A DNA stretch of 64,000 nucleotides from Felis catus (GCF_018350175.1 NC_058383.1:5520001-5584000); one strand, 5' to 3'; numbered from the stretch's first letter, positions 35,637 to 47,577 are shown. Notes: generated from the sequence alone by a model not told the origin. Made by a program: numbers and translations.

Positions 35637-36174
35637 CTTTAGGTGACTCTTGACAGATGACAGAGAGTGTGCCAGGTGGCCAAGAGAGGACAGGAAGGGC
35701 ACTCTTGGTAAAGGGAACATCTTGAGCTCAGGAGCTGAGTCAGTGAGTGTGAAGGGAGAGCCATCCTATTCTTGTTGGACTGAAATAAAAGCCCAAGTAT
35801 TCTTGATGGCTGCTAAGATGTATAGGTCAACCTAAGGAGAGAAGAGCCTAAAACGGCTATGCCAAGTAAAAAAGGCAGAAGACAAAACAGGCCTAGTTTT
35901 GCTCGTTTTAAAATACTGAAAAAAAATCAGATGGATTCTGAATGCTTTTTATTGTCTTCTTTATACTTCCCTGTATTTTAAAATTTAAAATAATTGTCGG
36001 CATTACCTGCTGCCCACGCACTCCTCGGTCTGCAGGGGGCGCACCGGCGGCCACCCTCCCTCTTTCAGGGTGGTGGGCGGGGCCTCTGGGGCCGGTGTGG
36101 AACGGACGATTGGCTGGCTGGGCTGTTTGTCACGGCATCCCGCCCCCACCCTACGTCACATGACGCAGCCCATC

Positions 36175-36240
36175 ATGGCGGCAGGAGCGCGGCTGCCCTG
36201 GCCCGCGGCTCCGCAGGGCTGCTGCCGTTGCTGCTGTTGA
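36175..36240 (+). other. uORF1 in putative LMTK2 5'UTR (MAAGARLPWPAAPQGCCRCCC*)
   Basis: ATG with A at -3 and G at +4, stop TGA 36238-36240. Whether it is transcribed depends on the TSS position. Confidence 0.5.
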
Positions 36241-36278
36241 GAGGCGGCGGCGGCGGCACAGACGGGCGGGCGGCAAGG

Positions 36279-36380
36279 ATGGTGTTTCTGTGGCCGGGGC
36301 GGCGGGTGCGGACTAGGAGCCGGGCTGAGTTTTGGCCGAAGCGACGTGTGCTCAGGAGCAGCTGGCGCGGGTGCCGCTGA
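36279..36380 (+). other. uORF2 in LMTK2 5'UTR (MVFLWPGRRVRTRSRAEFWPKRRVLRSSWRGCR*), same frame as main CDS
   Basis: aaggATGG strong Kozak, 180 nt upstream of the main ATG, stop TGA 36378-36380. Confidence 0.6.
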
Positions 36381-36458
36381 GGCAGGCAGGACCGACTGAC
36401 GGACGGACCGACGGAAGGAGACCCGAAAGCCGGCCCCGGGGGCCGTGCAGTGGGCGAG

Positions 36459-36546
36459 ATGCCGGGGCCGCCGGCGTTGCTGCTACTGCCGCTGCTCCTG
36501 GCCGCCGGCAGTGCCGGGGCCGCGCCACTTCCGCAAACAGGTGCAG
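36459..36546 (+). CDS. LMTK2: LMTK2 exon 1 coding part (MPGPPALLLLPLLLAAGSAGAAPLPQTGA+G), first hydrophobic segment
   Basis: ATG at 36459 inside a CpG island. Peptide matches the recalled LMTK2 N-terminus (MPGPPAL...AGSAGAAPLPQTGAG). Donor CAG|GTGAGC at 36546/36547, phase 1, joins exon 2 in frame. Confidence 0.96.
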
Positions 36547-37461
36547 GTGAGCGGGCCCGCTGCGGGGACGCGGCTGCGGGAACCCAGGCTGCGGGGCCGC
36601 TGCGACGGCGGTGGCAGGGGAGGAGGCGGCGGGCCCCGTCCGGCGACGCCGAGGAATCGGAGGGCCTGCCAGGGCGGGAGGCCCGGGGAAGCAAGCGATT
36701 AGGGAGGTTTCTGCCGCAGGGGCGTGGGGTGGGGGAGCGGGCAGCCTCTCCAGGGCCGAAGCGGGGGCGAGGCGATGCGGTTGGGCCCGGGGAGGGCGGC
36801 GAGCCGGGCGGCAGCGATCGACCCCTCCCGGCGTAGGCTGCGGTACCTGCTCTGAACCTGTTGCCCGGAGGTCCTCAGCCTACATCCCTTTCTGGCAGTT
36901 CTGCTTCCCTTTCAGATGTCACCTGCCTTCTGTGCGTTTCTCACATCTTATATTAAGAACCGTTTCTTAGCCCTAATTTTACTTGAATGCAAATGACTTA
37001 ATGAACTGTGCGGAGTTTCATTCGCTCCCTGCAACTTGTTCTGAAGTTGTAAATTGATTTTAGACGCTGTGCTTTTTTTCGGATTGAATCTCAAGGAATG
37101 AAAAGGAAACAACTCTGTAAATATTTCTATTTTAGGAAGCCAGTGATTAGAGTAGCAGTCTTTGAATAACTATTGACAGAATGGCCCAAGGGTGATTGAA
37201 GTTTCTATTTTAGCTACGTCAGTGTGTGGTTTTCTTTTCTTTTTCTTTTTTTCCTCCCCATTTTCTCGACATCCTCTTCAGTTTTGGTTTATTTTCCCAG
37301 ATAAAACTTTACCCGAGGAAAGCATCCCAAGTTGAGTCATTTTTTTTTTAAAGAAAAAAAAAATCTGGGTTAAGATCTAGTGCTTGTCTTTGAAGTAAGG
37401 AGAGACTGAAATTTCATAGATTCATGAAATTTTGGAATTGAAAGAGTCCTTAAAGAAAATT

Positions 37462-37612
37462 TAGCCTGATATCTTTGTTTCGCAGTTGGAGATACTGAGG
37501 CCCTGGGGGGGTCAAATGACCTACCCAAGGTGACACAGCTAAATTGTAGGCGGAGCCACATCTAAAACCCATGTCTGAGATTTCCCTAGTTGTGTGATTT
37601 TTCCACTTCCCC
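37462..37612 (-). mobile_element. MIR
   Basis: gatactgaggccc...tgacctacccaaggtgacacagct. Confidence 0.7.
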
Positions 37613-38169
37613 ACCTTAGGTCTTGTAAGTGTTTCGGAATACTCTTGAGGTTAAGAGTTATTTTAATACGATGTTAACGGGGTACACAATGTGGAAGTTC
37701 CCTTCCCCAGTAAAGACAAACACATCCACTATGCAAGTTATAAATAATGTTTCCAGAGCTACACCAAGTTGTCATTGAGTGCCCTTTAGTTGGGTATTAA
37801 CTGTTATCAGTGTACCACGTAATGTATCGCTAAATTTTTGCCACTGCCTTAGATCAAATATTTGTTAGGTGAATTCTGTTTTCTGATCTGATAGACAAGA
37901 AAAGTGAGTGTTATGAGAAGTGTATGCAGCCCAGGTATGAGTCACAGAAAGTGACAAAGTTGTAAAAGACAATACAGAAGAACGTGGATGGTGATATTGA
38001 AACTGATGGTGAAATTGAAAATTAGCACCAGAGTAGGATAGTGTGTAAAGAGTATTTATGTGAAAGGGATTCAAGAAGTTTCCAGATGACTTTGCACTTA
38101 AATTTTTATATATTTTGAAAAACAGACTCTATGTGGGAACCTATGGGAATGTGTCTCCTTATAAACCTC

Positions 38170-38392
38170 TTTTAAAAAAAAATTTTTTTTTAAACGTTTA
38201 TTAATTGAGAGACAGAGAAAGACAGAGCATAAGCATGGGAGGGGCAAAGAGAGAGGGAGACACAGAATCCGAAGCAAGCTCCAGGCTCCGAGCTGTCAGC
38301 ACAGAGCCCGATGCAGGACTCAAACCCACAAACCACCAGATCATGACCTGAGCTGAAGTCGATGCTTAACCAACTGAGCCACCCAGGTGCCC
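38170..38392 (-). mobile_element. CanSINE (intron 1)
   Basis: TSD ctccttataaacctctt. Confidence 0.92.
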
Positions 38393-39299
38393 CTCCTTAT
38401 AAACCTCTTAACATGATTTTTATTCCGTTCTTTCACTTTCACCTCCATTTTTATGGAGGTACAGATCAGAATATTGGAGGTTTTGGGGGGAGCATTATAA
38501 AACAAGACAATCAGGAAAAGTCATCCATAAATAGAAATACCAAATTTTGGCATGAATAAAGCATAAAGAAATATGTGGTGACTTACAGCAGCTTTTGCAG
38601 GTTTTCCCTTCGTATTCTGTTGCTCAGAAGGAATACAATTAGACATGTGGCATATGAGTGACAGGTGCCTGGGGTTAAATTCTGTGGAAGAGGTGCTCAG
38701 TCACACATAGATTTGTGGGTTTGTGTTTCCATCCAAAAGAGATTATTAATCCTGGTAATGGAGCTGGATTCTTGATGAAGCTGTGTGTGACCAAGAAGAA
38801 TAAAGAAACCTTTGAGCTGATCCTGATTAAGTGAGCTCACTGGTTAAGAGAGAGGAGCCCGTCTTGAACATATATGTGAGCTAAAAGAGCAGTTAAATGT
38901 TGGAAGCGTTGTAACCCTCAGGCCTCTGATTCTGTGGGGACTGCGCTCCACACAGAAGTAGGGCTGGCCATTTCCAAATCCAGGATACATACCTCGCATG
39001 TAGTCTTTTGCCTCCTCGGCTTTGTTCTTTCCACTTAAATTCCAAACTGCTTGATAGTGCCTTGGAGAAAGCGTGGCTTATCAAAAATAGGTTGGAAAAA
39101 ATACTTGAATGTTTTCCTTTGCCAGCCCATTTGCATGGGGGGGAAAGAAATGAGGCAGTTAACTAAAATTCAGCCAAAATGCATCCAAAATTCATTTCTA
39201 GGTTTCGGAAGTTGAAAAGGGTATTTACCCATTCAGTCATAATTAAGCTTTGTAAATACGTGGATTGCCTTTGCCTACCAGGCAAGAAGGCTCTTTCTT

Positions 39300-39549
39300 T
39301 CTTTTTTTAAATATATTTAAAAAATTTTTTAATTATTTTTTTTTTATTTTTGAGAAGCAGAGAGAGAGACAGAGAGACAGAGCACAAGTGGGGGAGGGGC
39401 AGAGAGAGAGGGAGACACAGAATCCGAAGCAGGCTCCAGGCTCAGAGCTGTCAGCACAGAGCCCGACGTGGGGCTCGAACTCACGAACCGTGTGATCATG
39501 ACCTGAGCCGAAGTTGGACACTCAACCGACTGAGCCACCCAGGCACCCC
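39300..39549 (-). mobile_element. CanSINE (intron 1)
   Basis: Reverse SINE. Confidence 0.92.
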
Positions 39550-39593
<44 letters not shown>

Positions 39594-39595
39594 TT

Positions 39596-39647
<52 letters not shown>

Positions 39648-39648
39648 T
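39550..39648. repeat. (TTTC)n tetranucleotide microsatellite
   Basis: Direct sequence. Confidence 0.97.
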
Positions 39649-40956
39649 CAGTTGGTTGATGTACAGTGTTATATTAGTTTCAGGTGTACAAGAAAAGCAT
39701 TTTTTGCTTGAACTTTATTTTGGGCCTGTCTTTATTGCTCTGGGAGTCGCTCCTGCCCTCTTTGGGAGCCTTTTCCTGAGAATGTGTATTTCTGCAAGGG
39801 CCCTTGCTGGCTGTGTAGACGGAGATCGTGTCCGTCCTCACTGGAAAGCTTACATAAAGGGAGAAAGTCCACTGTTTTCACACACCGTTAAACGACCAGA
39901 CTAAGGTTACAGTTGAGAAATTCTTTTCTCCGTTCCTAGTGATGAGGTCATTCTTGTCTTAGAAAACACTTATGTACCTTTTGTGAGATTCTCAGTCACA
40001 TCATAGAAAGAGATAGTATATTTGTATGCATTCCCCTAAGTCCCCTGTTTGTTATTAATACCAGCATAGTGGTTAGACCGGGAAGCCCACTTCTGTTGTC
40101 CTGTGGCATTTTAGGTCACAGAGTACAGAGGAAGCTGTTAGCAGTTCCAGATAAAGGAGCTCACGCAAGTCTGTGAAGCCAGTGGGACTCAGCTACTTAT
40201 TAAACAGCAGCTTGTGAAACCGGGGCTCTCATTCTAGATTAAACAAACAGCCTTGGATCTTGAGAAAGATTCTGCAGTAAAGGAAGTGCTTTCTAAAGTG
40301 AATTCTAAGTGTGAGTTTTTGTGTTTATTTCAATGGCACCTGAGAAATAAAAATTAATTTCAACAGGCTTTTCGTGCTGATTATCTCAGGATTTATGGCT
40401 GTGAGGCTCGAGATTTCATTTAGGTTGGGAGTGTTGGTATTTGCTCTCAGTTGGTGGTATTTTTGGGGTAACTAAGGATGTTCATTTGCACAGTAATAGG
40501 AAGTCTGTCCAACAATTTTGTAGCTGATGAGCATTGAAGTTATCAAATCTCTACAGTTTTGCTGATATCAATGTGCTGACTGTTCATGCAATTGTCTTGA
40601 AATTTAGAGAGTCGTTGGGTCTGCTGTGTCAGATAACAGCTGTACATGTAATAAAAAAGATTTGTAACATAAATGAAATGTAATGTAAGGGGTGGCCAGG
40701 GTTCTGAAGCAAACAAGTGAGTCCTCAAAAAAGTCCTTATAGATGGACGTATAAAAAGAATCCAACCTTTCAGTCCTGTTGAGAGTGTAAGTCGTGAACC
40801 AGTCACAGGAGGAGTGGGTGTTGCGGACAGAACTTGGACTTTGGAGTTAGTCTGGATGGGAGGCCTTCCTTTGCTGCTTCAATAGCATTGAGACCTTGGG
40901 CCAGTTACTTGACCTCTCCAAGCTTCTCAAAACTCAACTCAAAAAAAAACTGATGA

Positions 40957-41288
40957 GGGGCACCTGGGTGCCTCAGTTGGTTGAGCGTCCGACTCTTGAT
41001 TTTGGCTCAGGTCATGATTGATCCCAGAGTCATGGGATTGAGCCCTGCATCAGGCTTTGCACTGAGTGTGGAGCCTGCTTGAGATTTTTTTCTCTCTCTT
41101 TCCATTTCCCTCTGCCCCTTTCCCCAAGTCACGCGTGCGCGCTCTCTGTAAAATAAAATTAAGGGGTGCCTGGGTGGCTCAGTTGGTTAAGCGCCTGACT
41201 CCTGATTTCGGCTCAGGTCATGGTCTCATGGTTTGTGAGATTGAGCCCTGTGTTGGGCTCTGTGCTGACAGTGCGGAGCCTGCTTGGG

Positions 41289-41346
<58 letters not shown>

Positions 41347-41626
41347 CCCCCCCAAATAAATAAATAAACATTTTTTAAAAATTAAAAAATAAAGGGGCGC
41401 CTGGGTGGCGCAGTCGGTTAAGTGTCCGACTTCAGCCAGGTCACGATCTCGCGGTCTGTGAGTTCGAGCCCCGCGTCGGGCTCTGGGCTGATGGCTCAGA
41501 GCCTGGAGCCTGTTTCTGATTCTGTGTCTCCCTCTCTCTCTGCCCCTCCCCCGTTCATGCTCTGTCTCTCTCTGTCCCAAAAATAAATAAACGTTGAAAA
41601 AAAAAATTAAAAAAATTAAAAAATAA
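40957..41626 (+). mobile_element. Three tandem sense CanSINEs (40957-41160, 41163-41392, 41394-41626), inserted in a MIR
   Basis: Three heads in series; the third carries young cat-type diagnostics (GGCGCAGTCGG...CAGCCAGGTCACG...CCCAAAAATAAATAAACGTTG). Confidence 0.92.
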
Positions 41627-42222
41627 AGGGATGATGATATTTACCTAAAGGGTTTGGGGAGGGTGAGGTCGCATCATGCTGGTGCGCCATGTCGGCCACG
41701 TTAGGCGTCTTCATTGCTTCAGATTTCCTTGTAAAATTGGTGGGTTACCGTGGCATCAGCTAATGGTGAGTGGTACGGTTCCAAGAAGGAACTCACAGTG
41801 GTAGCTGCTTATGGCATGCCCAGAATTTACTGAATTTAAAAACCTTTGTTACTTAAAATAATTTGCTGTGTGATGGGTGAGGAAGAGATCCTTTACAGAG
41901 AAGTCTGACTTATTTAAGATGATCTGGATTAGCCCACTTTTATGTAATAAACCCGTTTTTAAATGTCAAGATAATTAAAGCTCTTGCACGTGAACAGTTT
42001 CTGGTTTTAATGTACTTAAAGGAACTGCAGGCAGTGGAGGTTGAGTTGGTCCCAAACAAAATGTATACTCCCACAAAGCGTCCCTGAAGACAGCCCGTGA
42101 AGCTGGGCTGTGGTAGAACCACCACAGGGCTGGGACCTTCCCTTAGAAAATGTCATTTGGAGAGATGACTGTGACTGAGTTGCTTCCTCTCTGTCTTTTA
42201 AAATCATGTATTTTTGTAGCCT

Positions 42223-42267
42223 TTTTTTTTTAAGCTTATGTATTTCAAGAGAGAGATAAGACGAGAG

Positions 42268-42337
<70 letters not shown>

Positions 42338-42610
42338 CCCAAGCAGGCTCTGCACAGTCAGCATGATTTGAGGCTTGAACTCACAAACCGGGAGATCACA
42401 ACCTGAGCTGAAGTCAGGTGCTTACCTGACTGAGCCATCCAGGCACCCTGTATTTTTGTAGCCTTCTAGCTGTGTTTTACTCTTCTTAAAAAAGTTTATT
42501 TTATTTTTTTAAAGTTTATTAAAGGAATCCGCACCTAACGTGGGGCTCAAGCCCATGACCCTGAGACCCAGAGCTTCACACTCCCTCAACTGAGCCAGCC
42601 AAGGTGCCCC
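42223..42610 (-). mobile_element. CanSINE with long (GA)n (42223-42449) and a short tSINE-like element (42496-42610)
   Basis: TSD tgtatttttgtagcctt for the first; the second lacks the CT body. Confidence 0.85.
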
Positions 42611-44219
42611 TTAAAAGGTTTATTTATTACTCAGGGACGAGGAAGGAAAGATTAGAGGAAAAGTTGTACAAACACTCCTGGTCTAAAACAGATTGCTACA
42701 TCTAGGGTCTTTTTTAGATTAGATTCTCAACTTTTCTGTAAATCTTCATATGAAGACGCTGTAAGAGAAAGCTGAGGAAATATGGTAAAATCAGTGTGTC
42801 ACAGCAAAATATTGGAGTGAAGTATTTTTAAATTGTTAACAAGTGACTAATTTGGAACCATGCCTCGGCATTACAGTTATTTGCCACAAAGAACAGGCCT
42901 ATCAGAAAAATAACCTCAGTATTTTTTTAAAAAGGTGTTTTTTCCCCCAATGGTTAGTATAAGGCAGAGATTCCAAATTTCATTTGACTTTATTGTGATT
43001 CAAATGGGAGAAATTAGAATTGTTAACACCAAATGCGCCAGGTGCCCAAAACCACAACATGGGGAGTGCCTCACCTCTCAAGGTCTCCCTGGGCTCATCC
43101 TCATCCAGACCAGTGCTCTGTCTGCAGTCCCCCCGACTGCAAAGAGTGACTTTGTACACTTCCACCCTCCTGGGGCTTGGGGCATGGTGGTGACACCTTT
43201 TGCTTTTGACAATTTGGCGGATTTTGCATTTTACTGTGTAGTATATGTTTGTGGAAAAGGCTTAAATTACCATCGATTTCAGGTATGCTGAAACCCTGTG
43301 CTGTGGTGTGGCTAGGGTAGCCCCTGGCCTGCAGCATCTGACCCCAGTTTGGGAGGCATCCGTCAGGCAAGGTCATGCGCCTGGAGGGGCATCGGCGGTC
43401 CCTGCCTGCCCCCACGCTCTGGCTTTCGTAGCACTTTAAGAGCTAAGTTAGTCTGCAAGTTTGCAGTTTGCAAGTTATTCTGTGCAGATTCCTCTCTCCC
43501 AGCTCACCATATATATTCTGTCTGCGGTAGGCTGGCTCTTCCTAGCACCTCTGTGTGCTGTCGTCTTTTTCTTTCAGTTCTTTTCACCTCTTGGCAGCCC
43601 CAGCGCCCTACCAAGACCTCGCCCAGACCCCAGAGCTTTCTTCCACCAGTGACCTCCCACTAGAAGTGTTTACTTGTGGGACGTGATGTTCCATGGGATG
43701 CGGGACGGAAACTTTGGAGCTTCAGCCTTTAGTTTTCGTTTCATGCCTTAAAAATGTTGGCTTACGTGACTTTTAAAGGTACAGAGTATATTGGTACACT
43801 AACACGTTTTGTGGTTTGTGAATCAATGCACACGAAGTGGAAGGAATGTGAAGAAACTTCACCGACGGGCTCTGTGATCGGAAAAGGTTTGGGTTGCCTG
43901 TGCCGGTCTCCCGTTTGCGTTTAGCAGCTGCCACCTGTTTCTTCAAGTCCCGTCTCTTTACCAGGACCGCAAGGACTGTGTCCTGCATCCTCGGTGTTTC
44001 TAGTATCTGCATGATCACAGGCCGTGGACACTCAAAGGTTGTGTGTGAGGTTGGTGAAGGCGGCGCTGGGGAACGAAGCTTGCAGACCAGTACTCCAGAG
44101 AGTGTGGGAGCCAGAAGGAGAGCATGTCCGCCTAGAGCCTCTCACGCTCCCGCAAACTTTGCTCTTCATCCGGCCACAGCCCACAGCCCGTTGCCTGGAA
44201 CGAGGCCATTTATAGTGGC

Positions 44220-45105
44220 CTTATTTTTAATAATAAACCTTATCTTTTAGAACAATTTTATTTTTTTAGTATATTTTAAGACTTTTTTAAATTTATTTTT
44301 GAGAGAGCGCAAGTGGGGGAGGCACAGAGAGAGAGGGAGAAAGGGTCCCAGGGGGCTCTGTGCTGACAGCAGCAAGCCTGATGTGGGGCTCGAACTCCCG
44401 AGCCACGGGATCATGATCTCAGCCGAAGTTGGATGCTCAACACACTGAGCCACCCAGGCGCCCCTAGAACAATTTTAGGTTTACAGAAAAGTTGCAAAGA
44501 TAGTACAAAGAGTTCCTGCATAGGCAGGGTTTTCCCTCTTGGTAACGTCTTACGTCAGTGTGGTACACTTGTCACAGCTAAGGAGCCACTACTAATAATT
44601 CATTAGTATCAACTGAAGTCCATACTTTGCTCATGTTTCTGTAGCGTTTCCCTGATGTCCCTTTTCGGTTCGGGATACCACATTCCATTTAATGTCCTGT
44701 CTCCTCGGGCTTCTTTGGTATGTTCCCCTGTTTCAGTGATCTTGACAGTTCTTGAGGAGTTTGATGTTTTTCTCGTTGGTTAGACTGGGGTCAGCTGTTT
44801 TTGGGAGGAAGACCACAGAGATAAAGTGCCGTTCTAATCACGTCCTGTCAAGGGTACATGCTTTCAGCATGACCGGTCACTTCACCACCTGACTGTGATC
44901 ACCTGTTGTCAACTTTCTCCACTTTGAAGTTCCTTTTTCTTCCAGTCTCCACATGAGCAGGGGAGAGGCTGGGGCCGGGGAAGAGAGAATCCCAAATAGG
45001 CTCTGCGCTATCAGCATGGAGCCTGATGTGGGGCTCAGTCCCATGAACCTCGAGATCACAACCCGAGCCAAAATCAAGAGTTGGACGCTCAACCCGCCGA
45101 GCCGA
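44220..45105 (-). mobile_element. L1MC-like 3' fragment with CanSINEs (44257-44464, 44951-45105)
   Basis: ttttaggtttacagaaaagttgcaaagatagtac...aagaccacagagataaagtgcc; TSD tagaacaatttta. Confidence 0.8.
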
Positions 45106-46053
45106 TCACTTATTTGATAGAAATCTGTTGGCTTGGGTGACTAGTAAGACTCAAGGAAGGAAGAACAATTTAAATTTTAAAAATTAATGTCAACACCCGA
45201 ATTCTGAAGAGACTTCTGCTCCTGACCACAGCACACGAATATTGTTCTGAAGAAGCTTCCTGTGAAAAGTAGGTATGCGATAACCACAAAGGAATTTAAA
45301 CACTGCAGGGCAGAACACAGTCACAGCTCTAAATGGCTTTTTTTTTTTTTTTTTAAATTTCAGTCCCTCTCTGGAAGTCAGTATAAATAATAGCCTCTTT
45401 ACATTTTATAAATATCTTGTATAAATAATGAGTAAAAACTGCGAGCTGGAAGCCTGACAGTCAGATGCCAGTGTTGTGAGCCGAGAGCCTCGTGGTGTAA
45501 ACATGCCAGCCCTGGACTGCCCAGGGTTCCTCCCGCCCGAGCTCAGATTAGCAAGGAAATGAAGCGAGAGCAGGCGTAACGCAGGGACATTCCTGATTCC
45601 CCAGGTGAGACGTGCACACGGCAGTGTGAGCGCCCCGGATTCATGACCTATTCAGTAACTCACAGGGCCGTTTCTTTCCAGGATAATGTCATGTCATTAA
45701 CGTCTTGCTTTCAAAAAGTTTATTTTTCTAAGCTGGCTTATTTTAGAATAGCCTGGGATTTGTAGCCTATTTCATATCTTCCCACAAGTACTTTTTTTTA
45801 AGCCCGTTGATATATTTTTGTATGTTTGCTGTGGATGTATTGGCATGTACAGAATAGTCTTATGATGAGCTAAAGAAAGTACACTGTTTAATCTCTGAAA
45901 CTGCTACATTGTAATGATTGTATAATGGGTGCAGTTTGATTAAGAACATACTAGGCTCACATACTAGTACGGATAATTCAGGACTTGTTTTTGGCAACAT
46001 GTATATGCCTTGGATGGGAGAAAAGAATTCAGTTACAGACATCTACCATAGTG

Positions 46054-46244
46054 ATTTTTTTTTTTTTAAGTTTATTTATTTTGAGAGAGAGCAGGGTAGG
46101 GCAGAGGGAGAGAGAGAATCCCAAGCAGGCTCCATGCTCAGCCTGGAGCCCAACATGGGGCTCGATCTCATGAACTGTGAGATAGTGACCTGAGCTGAAA
46201 TCAAGAGCCGGATGCTTAACCGACTGGGCCGCCCAGGCGCCCCC
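46054..46244 (-). mobile_element. CanSINE
   Basis: TSD ccatagtgattttt. Confidence 0.92.
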
Positions 46245-47577
46245 GCCATAGTGATTTTTGGGAGGGAAGCTGCTGTTATCCCATAGTGAAAACACTATTC
46301 TTTAATTTTTTAAAGTCTCATGGTTTTTTTCCTTCTTGAGGCCCATGTTTAAAGTCCATCCCGAAAACGGCCTTTTCTCTTGCTTGCTCTAGTGCATGGG
46401 AGACTTGGGTTTGACATGATAACATTGCAACCTTTAATTATAGGAAGTAAATCTCTAAGGCATCTTGGACTTAGAAGGTAGAGGAGGATGAGTTGTGCAA
46501 TCATTTTGCACATTTACAATTGCTACTTTAACCAGTGAGCAATTGTAAAAGTTTGTAGTTTCAGCTTTTTATTGCAAAACCAGTCTTGTGGTCTATTGGT
46601 TGCCTCTCAGATAAGCCACTAAGTTTGAAGTATTTTTCATGTTGCAGTTTCTTCCCCAAATCCCCGGTAAATTCAGCCTGTGTTCCTTTCACAAGGAAAA
46701 AAAAAAATGCCTCTTCCTGGTTCCACCTGGCAGTGTGCCTATGTAGGATGGTTCTGTGTCAGCAGCAACGGTTACTTTCCAAGGATGCAGCCTGCCCGTC
46801 ACAGCGCAGAACCCCACTTGACTCTGACTTCAGACTATTATTAAAACGCAACACCAGGACACTGATTGCTAGTGAGACACTGAAAAACAACAAACTTAAC
46901 CAAAATAGTCCCCCGGGACTGCTGCATCAGAAGCCTGCTGCCTGGGTACGGTCCCGAAACCTGTAATTGAACTTCATTTTCTTTAAGAAAAGTACAGTTA
47001 ACTTTAATAAAAGATCTGATTTCCAGTATTAACCATACAGGCACTTGGTAGACTCATACAATTTTAGAATGATCAATCCTCATACAGAGAATTTTAAAGC
47101 TGACCAGCCACTTTACAGGTGAAGGCGCTGAGGCTCAGGGCTATTCGTGTGGTGACTTCAGTCCCAGCAGCCACTCAGTGACAGACCTAATCCTGATGAG
47201 GGACCCTACCCGCCAGACCACCCTGTTCACCAAGTGCTCTGCTTTGTACCCTTGGAACACTGCTTTGTGTGGTGTGCACGCAGAGACTATTTCCGATCGT
47301 TTCTCCTCTGGATGTCCGTTTCTGTTCGCTGTCTGAAAATGCGGAGATGAAACTTAACCATAGTTGTCATATAGAAGATCCTTGAACTACTGAAGATAAT
47401 TCCTTATTGAAAATTAGGAAACTCAAGTTCTGACTTGTATATAATGAGGCTCAGTATCCACATTCATATTTAACTTTTTAAAAAACAATTTGTAAGAATA
47501 ACAATTTAGTTTCCACCTATGAAATGAAGTTGTACTGTTTAATTAAAGGTGATAAAAATATTTTTGGCTTAAAAAGA

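Larger units (their letters stand above)
35990..36850 (+). promoter_or_regulatory. LMTK2: CpG island / TATA-less promoter, 5'UTR and exon 1 of LMTK2
   Basis: Dense CpG and high GC against a CpG-depleted background. GC box GGGCGGGGC 36075-36083, reverse CCAAT (ATTGG) 36109-36113, CCGCCC ~36140, CRE half-sites with M-box 36151-36168, YY1-like ATGGCGGC 36175-36182, (GGC)5 36243-36257. Confidence 0.9.

Noticed and set aside
1..36000. Oncomodulin (OCM) coding exons expected upstream by synteny
   Set aside because: No EF-hand/parvalbumin-like exon found by eye or in the ORF track; probably outside the window. A tblastn search would settle it.
36173..36694. 173-aa antisense ORF over exon 1, and the 128-aa ORF 36450-36836 running into intron 1
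   Set aside because: Stop-poor GC-rich CpG-island sequence; the true frame leaves at the 36546 donor.
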